A stretch of DNA of 64,000 nucleotides, taken from contig MCFE01000329.1 of NCBI GenBank assembly GCA_002104905.1, positions 1 to 64,000 of the forward strand. The letters are read 5' to 3'. Source of the DNA: Basidiobolus meristosporus CBS 931.73. Taxonomy: Eukaryota; Fungi; Basidiobolomycota. A program made the translations under genes and the position numbers. Shown piece after piece: positions 12,331 to 24,465 of the stretch; the first letter of the stretch is position 1; every line of letters starts with the position of its first letter. Under the pieces are notes generated by a model. It did no database searches and was not told where the DNA came from. It saw nothing but the letters and a program-made list of their open reading frames with translations.

Positions 12331-13067
12331 AAACAACCCCATTAGTTTTCCAATATATTTCATATAGGGCCAGATTGATGCTAATATGCTAATGTATAAG
12401 TGTCCAAATCTGCAACTATGGTCCCTATAACACAGCTCAACTCACCTTTAGTACAAACCAGACAAATCCATTCTGCAGCTAACAAGCATAATCTGGACAG
12501 GAAAATATATGTGGATCCATTTGAGCTCTTAACAGATAATTTAGTATGACCCAAGTGTCAAGAATGAGCCTTCATACCAGCATTTGGGTGCTTTTCATAA
12601 ATCTAGCAGCAATGGATATCTCAGTGAGTTTGCTGAGATTGAACAATTTGAGTGGAAAGCGATGGCATGTGTACCCCATCAAGATGTCAGCAGATATATG
12701 CAGGAAGATAAACAACAAGTCATGCATGGAATTTAAAATAAGCTGCAACTGAGGGGATTGAATGAGGAAGCTCTGCGCAAACAGTTCTGTGCACAACTTG
12801 CATAGTATAAACTAGATGGGTCTATTTGTGCCTCAGCATTGTGAACCAAGTAGATTTTAAATGTGTTTTTGCCTCAAAAATAATGTACTACATGATATAT
12901 TAGTAAAGCTAAGTAGCTTTCAAGAGCATACTGAGCAGCACTCATCAAGGAAACAGCTCCAAAGTAATAGATTTGGGGCAAGTGACTACCTTGAGGAATC
13001 AAAAGGTGAGCTTCATGAGGATGATATAGACTGTGCACTACTGTATCATGATTGAATACTCAGCATC

Positions 13068-16000
13068 TGTTACAAGTCTTGGTATAAGAGTTGTAGAGGA
13101 ATAGTGAGTTTAGCTAGTATTATGTTCACTAAAACTTGAACTGATTTTTATTGAGGTTCCAGCAGCTCCTTATATACATTTTGCCAGATCAATTGCTGAC
13201 TAATTGTATTTCCTAATGTAGGTTCTGACTGATGACTCATTTGATTGCATCATCATCACCCAATAAGATCCTACTTAATATATCTAGTTCTGTATGATAA
13301 AGATCTGCTGATTCATTTGCTGACTAATGATACGGATTTGATAGATAATACTGATATACTGATAACCTAAACATATACTAATGGATTTGACTAAAAACTG
13401 ATCTAACTTAAACATTCAAGCGGCAGATCATGACATTCTCCCCTACTAAAGTTGAGAGGGTTCTCCTGAATCTCATTTCTCGTAATACCAATATCTTGAT
13501 GGTTCAGTATTATCAGCAAGTCTTGCAAGCTTGAGTCTGTCCCTATGCACTAAGTCTTCCTGGATATTGCCTTGTTTGTCCACCAGTTGGTAAGTTGCAA
13601 ATCAACATTCTCTAATGATCTTGAATGGTCCTGTCCATTGTGGCTCAAACTTCTTCTGAGTGTTGTTTCTTAGCAATACAAAGTTCCCAACTGTCAATGC
13701 TTTGGGTGCTATAGTCTTATCAAATCTCTGCTTCATCTTTTCTGCACTTTAAGATACTTTGGTCTGTGCCTGTTGATGTCTTTGTTCCAGTTGTTGGTGT
13801 CTACTTAGCTGACTGAGTTCATCATCTAAGGTGTCTGTAAGCTTTGGTTGTGTGAGATCTCCTGGAATCCTTGGTTCACATCCATACACTAAGTAAAGTG
13901 GTGATTGCTGGGTAGTGTTGTGTACTCTGACTCTGCATGCAACAAGTGCTTGGTCTATATACTCATCCCATCTACTGACAACTCCATTTGCATACTTGGT
14001 CAGCATTTTTCCAAATAATCCATTAAACCACTCAGTGTTGCCATTAGTTTGGGGGTGATATGCCAAGGTTTTCAAGTGTCTGATCTGCTGCATTTCCAGG
14101 TAAGCCTCTAATGTCTTTGCCATAAAGTTTGCTCCTCTATCAGATAAGATCTCCACAGGGCATCCACACTTCATCAGGATCTCATGGTAAATGAAACTTG
14201 CAACTTCTTGTTCACTAGCTATCGGTTCAGCTTTAGCAACTGGCCATTTAGTGGCATGGTCAATTGCTACTAGGATCCAATGGTTGCATTTCCTGGTGGT
14301 TGACAGTCTTCCAATAAAGTCAATTCCCCATCTCTCAAATGGTCTTACAGGCTCCAAATGGTAGAGTTTGGCAGTTCTTTGTGGCTGGCCTTGATTGATT
14401 TGGGAGTTTGGGCATGTTTTCACTATCTTCTCAATGTCTTGTTTCATTCTGGGCCACCATGCTCTGGCTTTCACAAGACTATAGGTTCCTTCAATTCCAA
14501 GATGTCCATATCCATTGTGTAGCTTATGTATTAAGTCCATGCAAGAAACATAAGGGCAATAGGCAATAGGGCTTCCATCAACAATATGATAGAGTGTTTC
14601 ATCCCGTACTACAAATTTGCTGGCTTCATCACGGATTATCTTCTTGATATTTTCATCCACCTCATTAGGAATGGCTTGGTCCTCCAAGTACTTTGGTCAT
14701 AGGTTAGGTCAATCTGATTCATGCACCAAGTTGAGTTGTGCAACTTGATCTAATCTTGATAAGGCATCAGCAACCGTGTTGTTTTTTCCAGGGCAGTAGA
14801 CAATCTCCAGGTCAGATTGCTGAATGTATTCACTCCATCTTGTCATTCTTCTAGAGAGTACCTTATGAGTAAATATATACTTGAGGGAGACATGATCAGT
14901 CTTCACAGTGCATTTGACTCATTCAATATAGCATCTCCATGTCTTCAAGCAGTGTATTATAGCAAGTGTCTCCTTCTCATGGACTGGATGGTTTTGTTCT
15001 GCTGAGTTCAGTTTCTTAGATTCAAAGGCAACAAGGTAGTCCTTTCCCTTGTGTGCTTTGTTCAGCACTCCACCAATTGCATAATCTGAAGCATCTGTGC
15101 ACAGAGTGAACTCTTTTCTGAAGTCTAGCATTCTTAAGCTTGGCAGCTTAGCCAGTTCATTCTTGAGCGTCTGGAAGGCAGTCTCACAAGCTATGTCCTA
15201 TTTGTAGGTATTGTCTTTCTTGAGGATATCAGTTAAGGGGCTGCAATACTTGCAAACAACTTGACAAATCTCCAATAATATGAAACCATTCCAAGGAATG
15301 ATCTGAGCTCTGATATGCTATGGGGTTGCTTCAGATTCCTGATTACTTCCACCTTCTTAAGGTCTAAGGTTACTCCTGTGCTAGTCACTATGTGTCCCAG
15401 ATATTCAACATGTTCCTTGAAGAATTCACACTTGGGTAGCTTGCCATAAAGCTTGTTCTCTCTTAGCTTCTTCAAGTCCTTTTCAATGTGCACCAAGTGA
15501 TCCTCTTCTGTCTTGCTGTATATCAGTATATCATCTAGGTAGATTATGACAAACTTGTCTAAGTACTCCTGGAAGACAGTCTGCATCAGGGTCATGAAAG
15601 TTGCAGGGGCATTGGTAAGGCCAAAACTCATGACTAAATACTTGTAATGTCCATGTCTGGTCCTGAATGCTGTCTTAGGGATGTCTTTTGGCTTCACCCT
15701 AATCTGGCTGTATCCTGACATGAGGTCAATCTTGCTGAAAATAGTGGCTCCATTAAGTTGGTCCAAAAGCTCATTGATCCAAGGTATGGGGTACTTATTC
15801 TTGACGGTAACTGAGTTCAGGGCTCTGTAGTCAATGCACATCCTAAGTGTTCCATCCTTCTTTTTCACAAAAAGCACTGGTGCTCCCCAAGGTGACTTGT
15901 TAGGTCTGATGCATCCTTGCTCCAATAGCTGATCAATTTGTCTCTTCATTTCCTCCAATTCCAATGGACTCATTCTGTAAGGTGTCTTGCTCACTGGAGG

Positions 16001-17804
16001 GCTATCTCCTGTGTCAATGGCATGATCCATGTCTCTGACTAGTGGTAAGCTTACAAGCTCATCTGGAAACACGTCGGAATATTTCTTCAAGAGAGTCTGG
16101 ACCTGCTGGGGTGCTGGGGTAGCGGAATCCTCCTGTATTACTACCATGAGGAACATCTGGGTACCTTTTCTAAGTGCTCTACAGAACTGGGTCTTGCTAA
16201 GTTCACTTGTCTCACACATATTGGAATTGACCAAGTTAAAATCCAGCCTGGCAGGTAATAGCTCATAGGTCTTGTTGTCTTTTTGGATCTGAGTAGCATG
16301 GGTTCTCCAGTTGATTGATGGATTAAGACAAAATAGGCAGGTTTTCCCAAGTACAAGGTCAAACTGCAGTTCCCAAATATATGAGCCTGTAGGTCTTCTT
16401 CATATTCATTGATCTTCATTCTTACTGACTGAGTAACACGGTTGATTATGTGAGAGTTCCCATCAGCTGTTGAGACTGAAGTTGCTTTGGTAGGTTCCAA
16501 GTTGATTCAAGCTTTCAGAGCAAATTGCTCTGACATGTACTCATGCAATGCTCCTAAGTCAATCATGATCTTGGCAGGTACTCCATTGATTACTCCATTC
16601 AAGTATAATAGCTTTCCTGAGTTTGAGGTCATCTGGGATAGGTATTTGTCTGTCAGGTGGAAGGTGAGTTCTGAGTCTTCTTCAAGTTCATCCTCCATGT
16701 TACTATGCTCCATGGCCTCAATACGGTTCAAGGTTCTTAATGGCTGGTGTTCATTTCTTCTCTGAGGGCAGTACTTTGCAATATGTCCTTGCTGGTGGCA
16801 ATTGAAGCAAAGTCCTTTCTTCTTACATGCTTCTGAGATAGCCCATCAATAAAGTATTCAACTTGATCCAGGGGGTTCATTCTTTCAATTTGTCCAAGTA
16901 GACATCTGTACTCATAGATGTATTCTTGAACCATTCCTTTCTGTCTGAGTGTCTTTAACTTCCTTCTTAGTAGTGTCTGCTGGTGTGGAGGTTCAAAAGC
17001 ATCCTGAATTTCTGACATAAACTTATCCCAGGTAGAGATTGTAGAGCATCCCATCATAGTGGCTGACCTGATCTTGTTGTGGTACCACTGCAAAGCTGCA
17101 TCCACCAGGTAAGAGGCTGCATAATGCAACTTGCTTTCTGGAGCAATTCCTTTAGCTTTAAAAGCTTCTTCAATCTGAAAGAGCCAAGTTCCCAGGTTTT
17201 CAGTGACTCTGCCATGGTACCAGTTGACCTTCACACTAAAGTTGCTCTTAACAGGGCTTTGCTGGTTCTGAGCCATGGTAGTTATTCCTTGTTGCTGTTG
17301 GCTGAGGATCTGGAGTAACTGTTGCTGTTGGGCCAGTATTTGCTGCATGGCATTATTCCATTCTTGAATGTCCAACATCTTGAGGGTGGTTTCTTCTTTC
17401 TTCAGGAGTGAGGTTTCTGGTTATTGCTGCTACCAATGTTACAAGTCTTGGTATAAGAGTTGTAGAGGAATAGGAAGTTTAGCTAGTATTGTATTCACTA
17501 AAACTTGAACTGATTTTTATTGAGGTTCCAGCAGCTCCTTATATACATTTTGCCAGATCAATTGCTGACTAATTGTATTTCCTAATGTAGGTTCTGACTG
17601 ATGACTCATTTGATTGCATCATCATCACCCAATAAGATCCTACTTAAAATATCTATTTCTGTCTGATAAGGATTTGCTGATTCATTTGCTGACTAATGCT
17701 ACTGATTTGATAGATAATACTGATATATTGATAACCTAAACATATACTAATTGATTTGACTAAAAGCTGATCTAACTTAAACACTCAAGCGGCAGATCAT
17801 AGCA
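13068..17804 (-). mobile_element. Full-length Ty3/gypsy LTR retrotransposon, family A (inactivated)
   Basis: 368-bp LTRs at 13068-13435 and 17437-17804 (about 17 differences). PBS TGGTAGCAGC at 17426-17435. PPT complement tctccccctact after 13435. CATC on both flanks. Order gag-PR-RT-RH-IN. Confidence 0.95.
13749..17378 (-). pseudogene. Gypsy-A gag-pol fragments (gag 16737-17378, PR ~16141-16731, RT 15233-16234, RH 14709-15131, IN 13749-14687)
   Basis: Retrotrans_gag-like WLFQIEEAF; KKDGTLRMCIDYRALN and YLDDILIYS RT; TDASDYAIGGVL RNase H; WGIDFIG, SDRGANF and YHPQTNG integrase. Multiple frameshifts. Confidence 0.92.
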
Positions 17805-18129
17805 CATCTATGGCACTCCAAGTCAATCTAAAGATCTTTGTAACATATACAAATATGCATGGCACTGTCTAGGCTCACTAGTACTATCAACACAGCTCAA
17901 TTCAATCTTATAATAACATTGCACAGATGGCCAATAATTCCAAGCTGCATATAGGAGCCATGCATGGGACCAATTTATTATTTATAGGGCATGATTAGAT
18001 GCCATTTCTTTAAAGGAACTTAAATTCTCATATATCTTATTCTGGATTTTTTACCTTTCAATATTAGTTGTTGAGCTATTTGCACATTCTGATACTTTAC
18101 TTTGCATCAACAAGTATAGTACAGTAGTC

Positions 18130-19880
18130 TCTTATTTTAACCCAAGAATGTGGCTGAAGGGGATGAGAAGTTCTCATGTACCATCTCCACCATTTCAATG
18201 TCTATTTTCTTGTATCATCTCCCATTCCTCTGCTTACCATAGCTTCAGGGTTTCTGAGCATACAGAAACCATTCTACTTACTCTATAGGAAGTAGCCTAA
18301 CATATATCTTGTGTATTTATTATAGTAATCATATATGTTTACATAAGGATACATTCCAGCTAGAACCACACTGACATTAGCGATATGCCTCTTATTTTTC
18401 TGAGTTTTGATTAACCCAGTATTATAGTGCAGTTGGTTGGCTTGCTTCCCATATGTGCAGGCCTCACTGTGCTCCAAATTAGCTGCAGAATTTTTTATTA
18501 CTCTGAGAATTAGTATAGTCTGCACATGATGCAACAAATTCTTATCAGGCAGAAACAGATACATTAAGTAAGATCTAATTGGGTGATGATGATGCAATTA
18601 ATGGGTAATCAGCAAAATCCTACAATAGGAAATTCAAATTGTTAGCAATTGATCAAGCAAAATGTATATAAGAAGCTGCTGGAACCTCAATAAGGATCAG
18701 ATCAAGTTTTAGTGAAATCAGTACTACATAAACTCCCTATTCCTCTACAACTCTTTTATCAAGGCTTGCAACAGATATAAAGATTCTAATTTCTGATGCT
18801 AAAAGTTAAATGGGCATCAATTTGATCAATAACCTACATCAATAATTGTCAAAACTAAAACTGAGTCCTTCTGCTATTGCCATACATTCAGATGGTTGGT
18901 TCTTTGCAATTTCTGGTGTGTTGGGTACTTCTTCAAAGATAGGTGTGTGGCTTCTGTAACTACTTCCATGATTTACTTGAGTAGTTCTCTTCCCAACTGA
19001 TAGAAGTGCCCTATTCTCATTAACAAATACCTTCCTGATTAAAATTTCCTGGTATTGTGTAGAAAGTCCTTTTTGGTGTTTATAGTGTTGAAATTTATCT
19101 GATCCAATATGACAAATCTGCAATATCTGGTATATAAGATACTTCTTTGAACATAAGTACATGGCTTCCTTGACTATCTCTGGGTATATCTATATTGGTC
19201 CCTGCTTAACTGAACTTATTGTTCCATTGTCTACCTTAATAACCATCTGAGTTGGTACTTCTTTCTATTGGATGGAAGTTATTTTTGATGCTTAAAGTGC
19301 TGGGATGTTCCATTGTCAGCATACAAAGTCTGGGAGTCCTTATCTGTAAGATAAATAGTGTAAACTTGAATGGTCTGTCTTGAATAGCTGTAGCATTTCT
19401 GGATTTTAACTCTTTCTGCCAATTATCTCTTGGTCCAAAAAACTGGTCAGATGAGGGCCCTGTTTTTGCTGTAACTGCTAGAAGGGTTGCTTTTCTCTTA
19501 ATAGGGTCACAAGTGCCTTCTTTGTCAGCTGTTATTACTTATTGTGGCATTTTCTTCTTCATTTTTATTGACACCTGATTCTCATAATACATCATGCAGA
19601 AGACTTTATTATTTGCAATTTGAGAACAAATGTCAGTTCACCATTTAGGTCTGCAATAAGATGCTGAAATCTGTTTGTCAGGCTGTTCATAAGGGTAACT
19701 TTGTATCACTATCAGTGGTTTGCTAACCTGCAAAGTCCTTCTTATCAGCAATCAGAGTAACTCTGCTTATTGGTTTAGTATTTCTTCTCCAGGAGGATTC
19801 TTGTCAATAAAGGAATCTCATCTAGGTTATATTCTTTTAGCAGCTAAACACAACTGGTAGGTGTCTTTTAATGCACTATG
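18130..19880 (-). pseudogene. Scrambled mosaic of Copia-C integrase, protease and gag relics
   Basis: Blocks match 39061-39400, 39520-39620, 39750-39840 and the C gag (ALKDTYQLCLAAK near 19850). Some intervening sequence is unassigned. Confidence 0.6.
18530..18773 (+). repeat. Partial Gypsy-A LTR
   Basis: Reverse complement of the first ~240 bp of LTR 17437; ends ...ctctacaactcttttatcaaggcttgcaaca. Confidence 0.75.
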
Positions 19881-19913
19881 TCAGCAGTAGATTGATCTAA
19901 AACTATCCTGGCC

Positions 19914-20161
19914 TGTGAGCCCCCAATTTGCTCATTGGCAAAAAAAGTTACTTGATTTTTCAACAAATGTCCATGTTTGCCTATTGAGCAAATAAGTCCC
20001 TGAGATTAGTGATTGGACAAGGTGTCAAGGCTGGCATGTAATCAATCAGGTAGCTGCTTTATAGATCTAACAGCTGTACTGGTGTTACTGGTGATGTATA
20101 TATATGCAGGGCATTAATATATTGGGGTACTGTCCAAAGTGTGACACAACTTTGATGTTAC
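19914..20161. repeat. LTR-like repeat F, copy 2
   Basis: Inverted homolog of 1864-2112. Confidence 0.5.
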
Positions 20162-20439
20162 GCTTATGTAAAATTCAGTGGTCACTGGATGGCATTGGTC
20201 TGGTTTGAATCTCAAAGAAAATATGTGCTGTTTGGACTATGACAAACCATAGCAACTCAATGCAATGACATCATCCTTGCCCAATTCTTTCTCAAATAGG
20301 GACTACTGAAGCATTTGGAAGTGGCTTGCTTTGCACAACTATACTGCTACTTTTAGGTACTACAATAGCATTATATTAGCATCAAACAGGTCATATATAT
20401 TGTATTTATATTAAGACTAAAGTGATTGCTGAAATCTCC

Positions 20440-20770
20440 ATATATTCTTCATGGTGCACATTAGATTGCATTGAAATAAATCAGTTTACACCTGATGCAA
20501 ATGTCATATATGTTACAGATTTGAAATAACTCATCAATAAAATTTGCAAGTCAATGTTTAAGTATACTGTTAGCAATATCATGACAGAATAGATGGCAAT
20601 TGATGCAGATTCAACCATATGCATAGAGATTCTCACAAATCAAGCTGATTGCACCAAGTTGATTTAACTCATTCTCACCCTCTCACTGACCTATTGTTCT
20701 AGCACTTACTTTTCTTAATGGTCTATTCTCATCATTTTGATCACTTGCACAAGGGTTTTGTTTGACAAAT
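20440..20770 (+). repeat. Relic homologous to the upstream part of the putative transposase region (12000-12330)
   Basis: Largely ungapped nucleotide alignment to the reverse complement, e.g. ttagattgca, aagct.attgcaccaa, ttctcatca. Confidence 0.5.
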
Positions 20771-21546
20771 TAGAAAAGACCTCTACAATGTGCTGTGGAC
20801 CATCCACCCCAATCTACTTAAGGACATCCCTTGTTAAGCTTATCTGATATACAGGCTCTGTCCATTTGAAATACAATTTGGTCCTGTGGGTAGATCCAAT
20901 ACAGATCAACTGTCAAGATTCTGCAACAAGGCCATCTTAATACCGGCAACTTAGAATTATTGACCCTCTACATAATGTTATGATGGAATTGCAATGGTGA
21001 TTGGCATAATCTACCACCAAATAAGGCTAAAAGCTTTACGGTGATTTAGTAGTCTTTTAGCAAGTATTGCATGACTTTGTGATGGTTTTAATGCACTCTA
21101 CATTATTTCAAGTGATTCAAACCAGCCAATATATCCAATTGCCTTAAATGGCAACAAACTTGACAGTGCTTGGAGAGCCTTATTCCAGACCTCTGCTTGC
21201 ATTGTAATGGTAGTATGGTGGCATACAGCTAGCTCTGTATAATGTTACTATACCAATTTACCACATGGTACTTCCTCTTTCTACCTCCCCTAGCACCATT
21301 TATATATTCCACTGTAGAGTCACCCCTCCTTGTTTGCATACCCACTGCAACCTTGGGTATTCCATATATAGTCCAAATCAGAGCAAACTATGGGTTCCTG
21401 CTTACTAACCACTACATAGGCACACACCTGCTGCAATTTACATATTTGTATCACCTCAACTTTACAGCTTTTCAAGGTGATACTTACAAAGTTGTCATGT
21501 GCATTGTATTGCTGATGGCATATACATCTTGCAAGCATATTCCCGG

Positions 21547-22560
21547 TGTAGTGGGGTCACAGTGACATCCACAGGCAGATGTGCTCATTCCCATACGTTC
21601 ACTTTCCTAAAAAGGATTACCCCCCTCTATATTAGTATCATCCCAAATTGCAATATTTTCTATCTGTCTATGTGATTATTACTATGTGACCTGGCAAACT
21701 ATTTGTCACTATTAACCCATTGCACAAGCTATTCCTATTCCTTGCCAAGATGCCAAGATAAGACAGTGACCATATAAGGCAAGTACCCCCAACAGTGCTT
21801 ATGTCATGTGACTATCCTGGCTTCATAACCCTCCTATCCTGCTACCACATGAGGCACTACATGACACAGAGGTTTCATATTACCACTATCTGATTGGCTA
21901 GGTGCTACTATGTCTCATGGGACAATCTGCCAAGAATCTGAGCTATTTTTAGTACACAATGACATGATTGGCTGTCTACTACCTTCTGGAAACTTCCAGA
22001 AAGTATTTTCTAGCAAGAATTTGAGCAGCAAAAAGTATAGAAGGGAGGCTTTACCTTGAAAATAAATCATCCCTCTTCCAATATTCCAACTTATTGATTA
22101 GTGAGATCACCGCTGCCTATTACCACTACTTTCTAACTCAGACCTGACAATACTCCCAGGAAACTGCACTGACAGCCAACTGACCTTAGAGGCACTACTT
22201 GTGAGGAATACTTGGAGTAGATATATTTTATTATACTTGATTGTTTTCCCAAGCTTGCTCTTGTACAGGCAAAGATACTTTTCAGTCTTTGTAACTATTG
22301 GTCAAAGCTGCATTCTTATCAAGTCCCTGTTGGTGGAGTTTACAGTTGTATTGACTTTGAAAGCTTTGTACACTGTCATCTCAAAGGACATTGAAGCCTT
22401 TATAAACTTTTGTTAAGACACCAACTAAGTTGGGGATTGTAGCTCAATAGTTTTCCCTTGACAAGATTGAGGCTTTATCCCCCTTCACATTAGATTAGAC
22501 AAAAGACCCAGTATTCCTAGCAAGCTTTTGCCAGAGGTTATTGCACCCAGTGAACACCCA
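21547..22560 (+). repeat. Repeat family E relic, copy 2 (class unresolved)
   Basis: Starts tgtagtggggtc and is an inverted homolog of 9955-10970. Only weak, conflicting RT/RNase H-like fragments. Confidence 0.5.
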
Positions 22561-24465
22561 CCCACATTCACACTTGAGAAGTGTTGGCTGTATTTTGCCC
22601 TTTGGACTTATACACCATTACACTGGTTGCAGTTATATTTGTCATAAGCACTTCCTCAATATCCACTAAGAACTTTTTGAAAGTTAGCCAAAATAACCTT
22701 TCTCCCTGCTGGATTCTTTTTCCCCTTGTAGGTGCACTCTGACTCTAGCTTTTGTGAATTCTCCATTGAATGGTGCTAAAGTAGACTTGTGACCAAGAAA
22801 AACCTAACATGATTTGGTAAATTTGTCTTAATTAAGGTGGGTGGCTTGTCGTGCCCACCCCCACCATGCATAACCTAACTGAATACCTGTGCATTGGGGC
22901 TGCAGAGCTTCTTAGTGCAAAGTTGTCCTAATGAAATTTGTGTGCTTGTTGTGCTCAACTCAACTTTGCCTTGCTTAATTAGTTACTCACTTATTGGACT
23001 ACTTAGCTTTGTAATACCAAAGGAGTAAGTGTATCCATATGAGCATCTGTCCTCAGCACCTTCCAGCTCTTCCTGGCTGTCCTCCATCTGTTCACTCATT
23101 AAATCCATGAAAGACTTGAATGTTATATTCTTAATGAGTTTTGGATACTCTAGTACCTGCAACTTGTTTTGTCTTTCTATCTCCCTACATATCTATTTCA
23201 TATGGTATTGTGTAAGGCGTATAGACTCTTCAATATCAAAGCAACACTGCTAATCAAGTCTAGGGATAAGTGCTTGATGATAACTCAATACTTCTGCAAA
23301 AATAACACCAGAAAATGACAAAATCCAAACTGAAGTCCACAAATAGTTATGAAACTTTCTTAACTCAAGAGATCCTAACATTGGTGATTTGGACTAGATC
23401 AGCGTTTAGAAATATTACCAAAGTGATCATTCCAGTATCACAATGCAGAAGATCCAACTGAGTAAAAAATAGCCCAAATTACTATATCAATGTAGGTAGG
23501 TACAAACATAGCCTATGCCTATTCAGCCCATAGAGATAAGCCCCTGGCAGCAAAACTGGTCCTAAATATCCCTAGGACAGATCTTCAAAGATCTGTAATA
23601 ACTGAGGAATATGAGGCCTTGATGGATGATCAAACTTAGGACTTGGCATATTATCCTAGTGAACCTTAGATGCAGTAAAAGAAGCCACACACTTACCATC
23701 AAGGAAGTACTCTATGTACCAGATATAGCCAGGAACCTAGTATTTGTAAGTAAGGCCACAGCAAAAGGACTCAATTTCAGTTTTGGCAATTCTGGCTGCA
23801 GGATCACTGATCAAATGGTGCGCATATTGCTATGGGTATTGGGGATCAGAATCTATAGAAGCTGGCTTATATTTTGTTTATCTGAAAGCTAGTATATGCA
23901 ACTTAAATGAAGAAAAACCAGCACTTTGGCCCAGGAGATTTGTACACATCAACTTGAATTATTTGCATGAAATAATTAAATATCAATTAATTTCCAGAGT
24001 AAAAGTTGATCCCTCAGCAAACTTGGAGTACTGTGTTTGGGTTATTACTGACTGTACTTGGTGAGTGGGAGAGCTTGTAGGTCAAGTCAGTACCACTTGG
24101 TTCAGAATAGCTTCCAATAGAAGGTAGCAAGGTAATAAAGACTTCTGTTTATTTTGTCCAAATCTCGTTGTTCTTCCTGGTTCAATTGGGTAGATATATA
24201 TATCACTTGGGGGGCTTAGACAATAGACAATGTGTTATAAAATAGGGGTGTGAACACCTTCCTGTTATGGTAAGTGTTCTAACTAGATAAGGGCAGGGAT
24301 AGGAGGGGAGGACGCGTGGGGGAATCATAGGGAGGGTACTGGAGAACTTTGGGTAGGACTCTGGAGGGAACTCTTGGGAGAACTCTTGGGCGAAGTGTGG
24401 GTACTACATTGAGTACTCACATATCCTGGGGGTTAAGTGGGAGCTTTGTCCTCAAAGTTCTTTGA

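Noticed and set aside
11900-12500. LINE reverse transcriptase (NYHVI..KLIAPNQ)
   Set aside because: The motif is not conserved in the homologous block at 20440-20770, and no downstream RT motifs follow.
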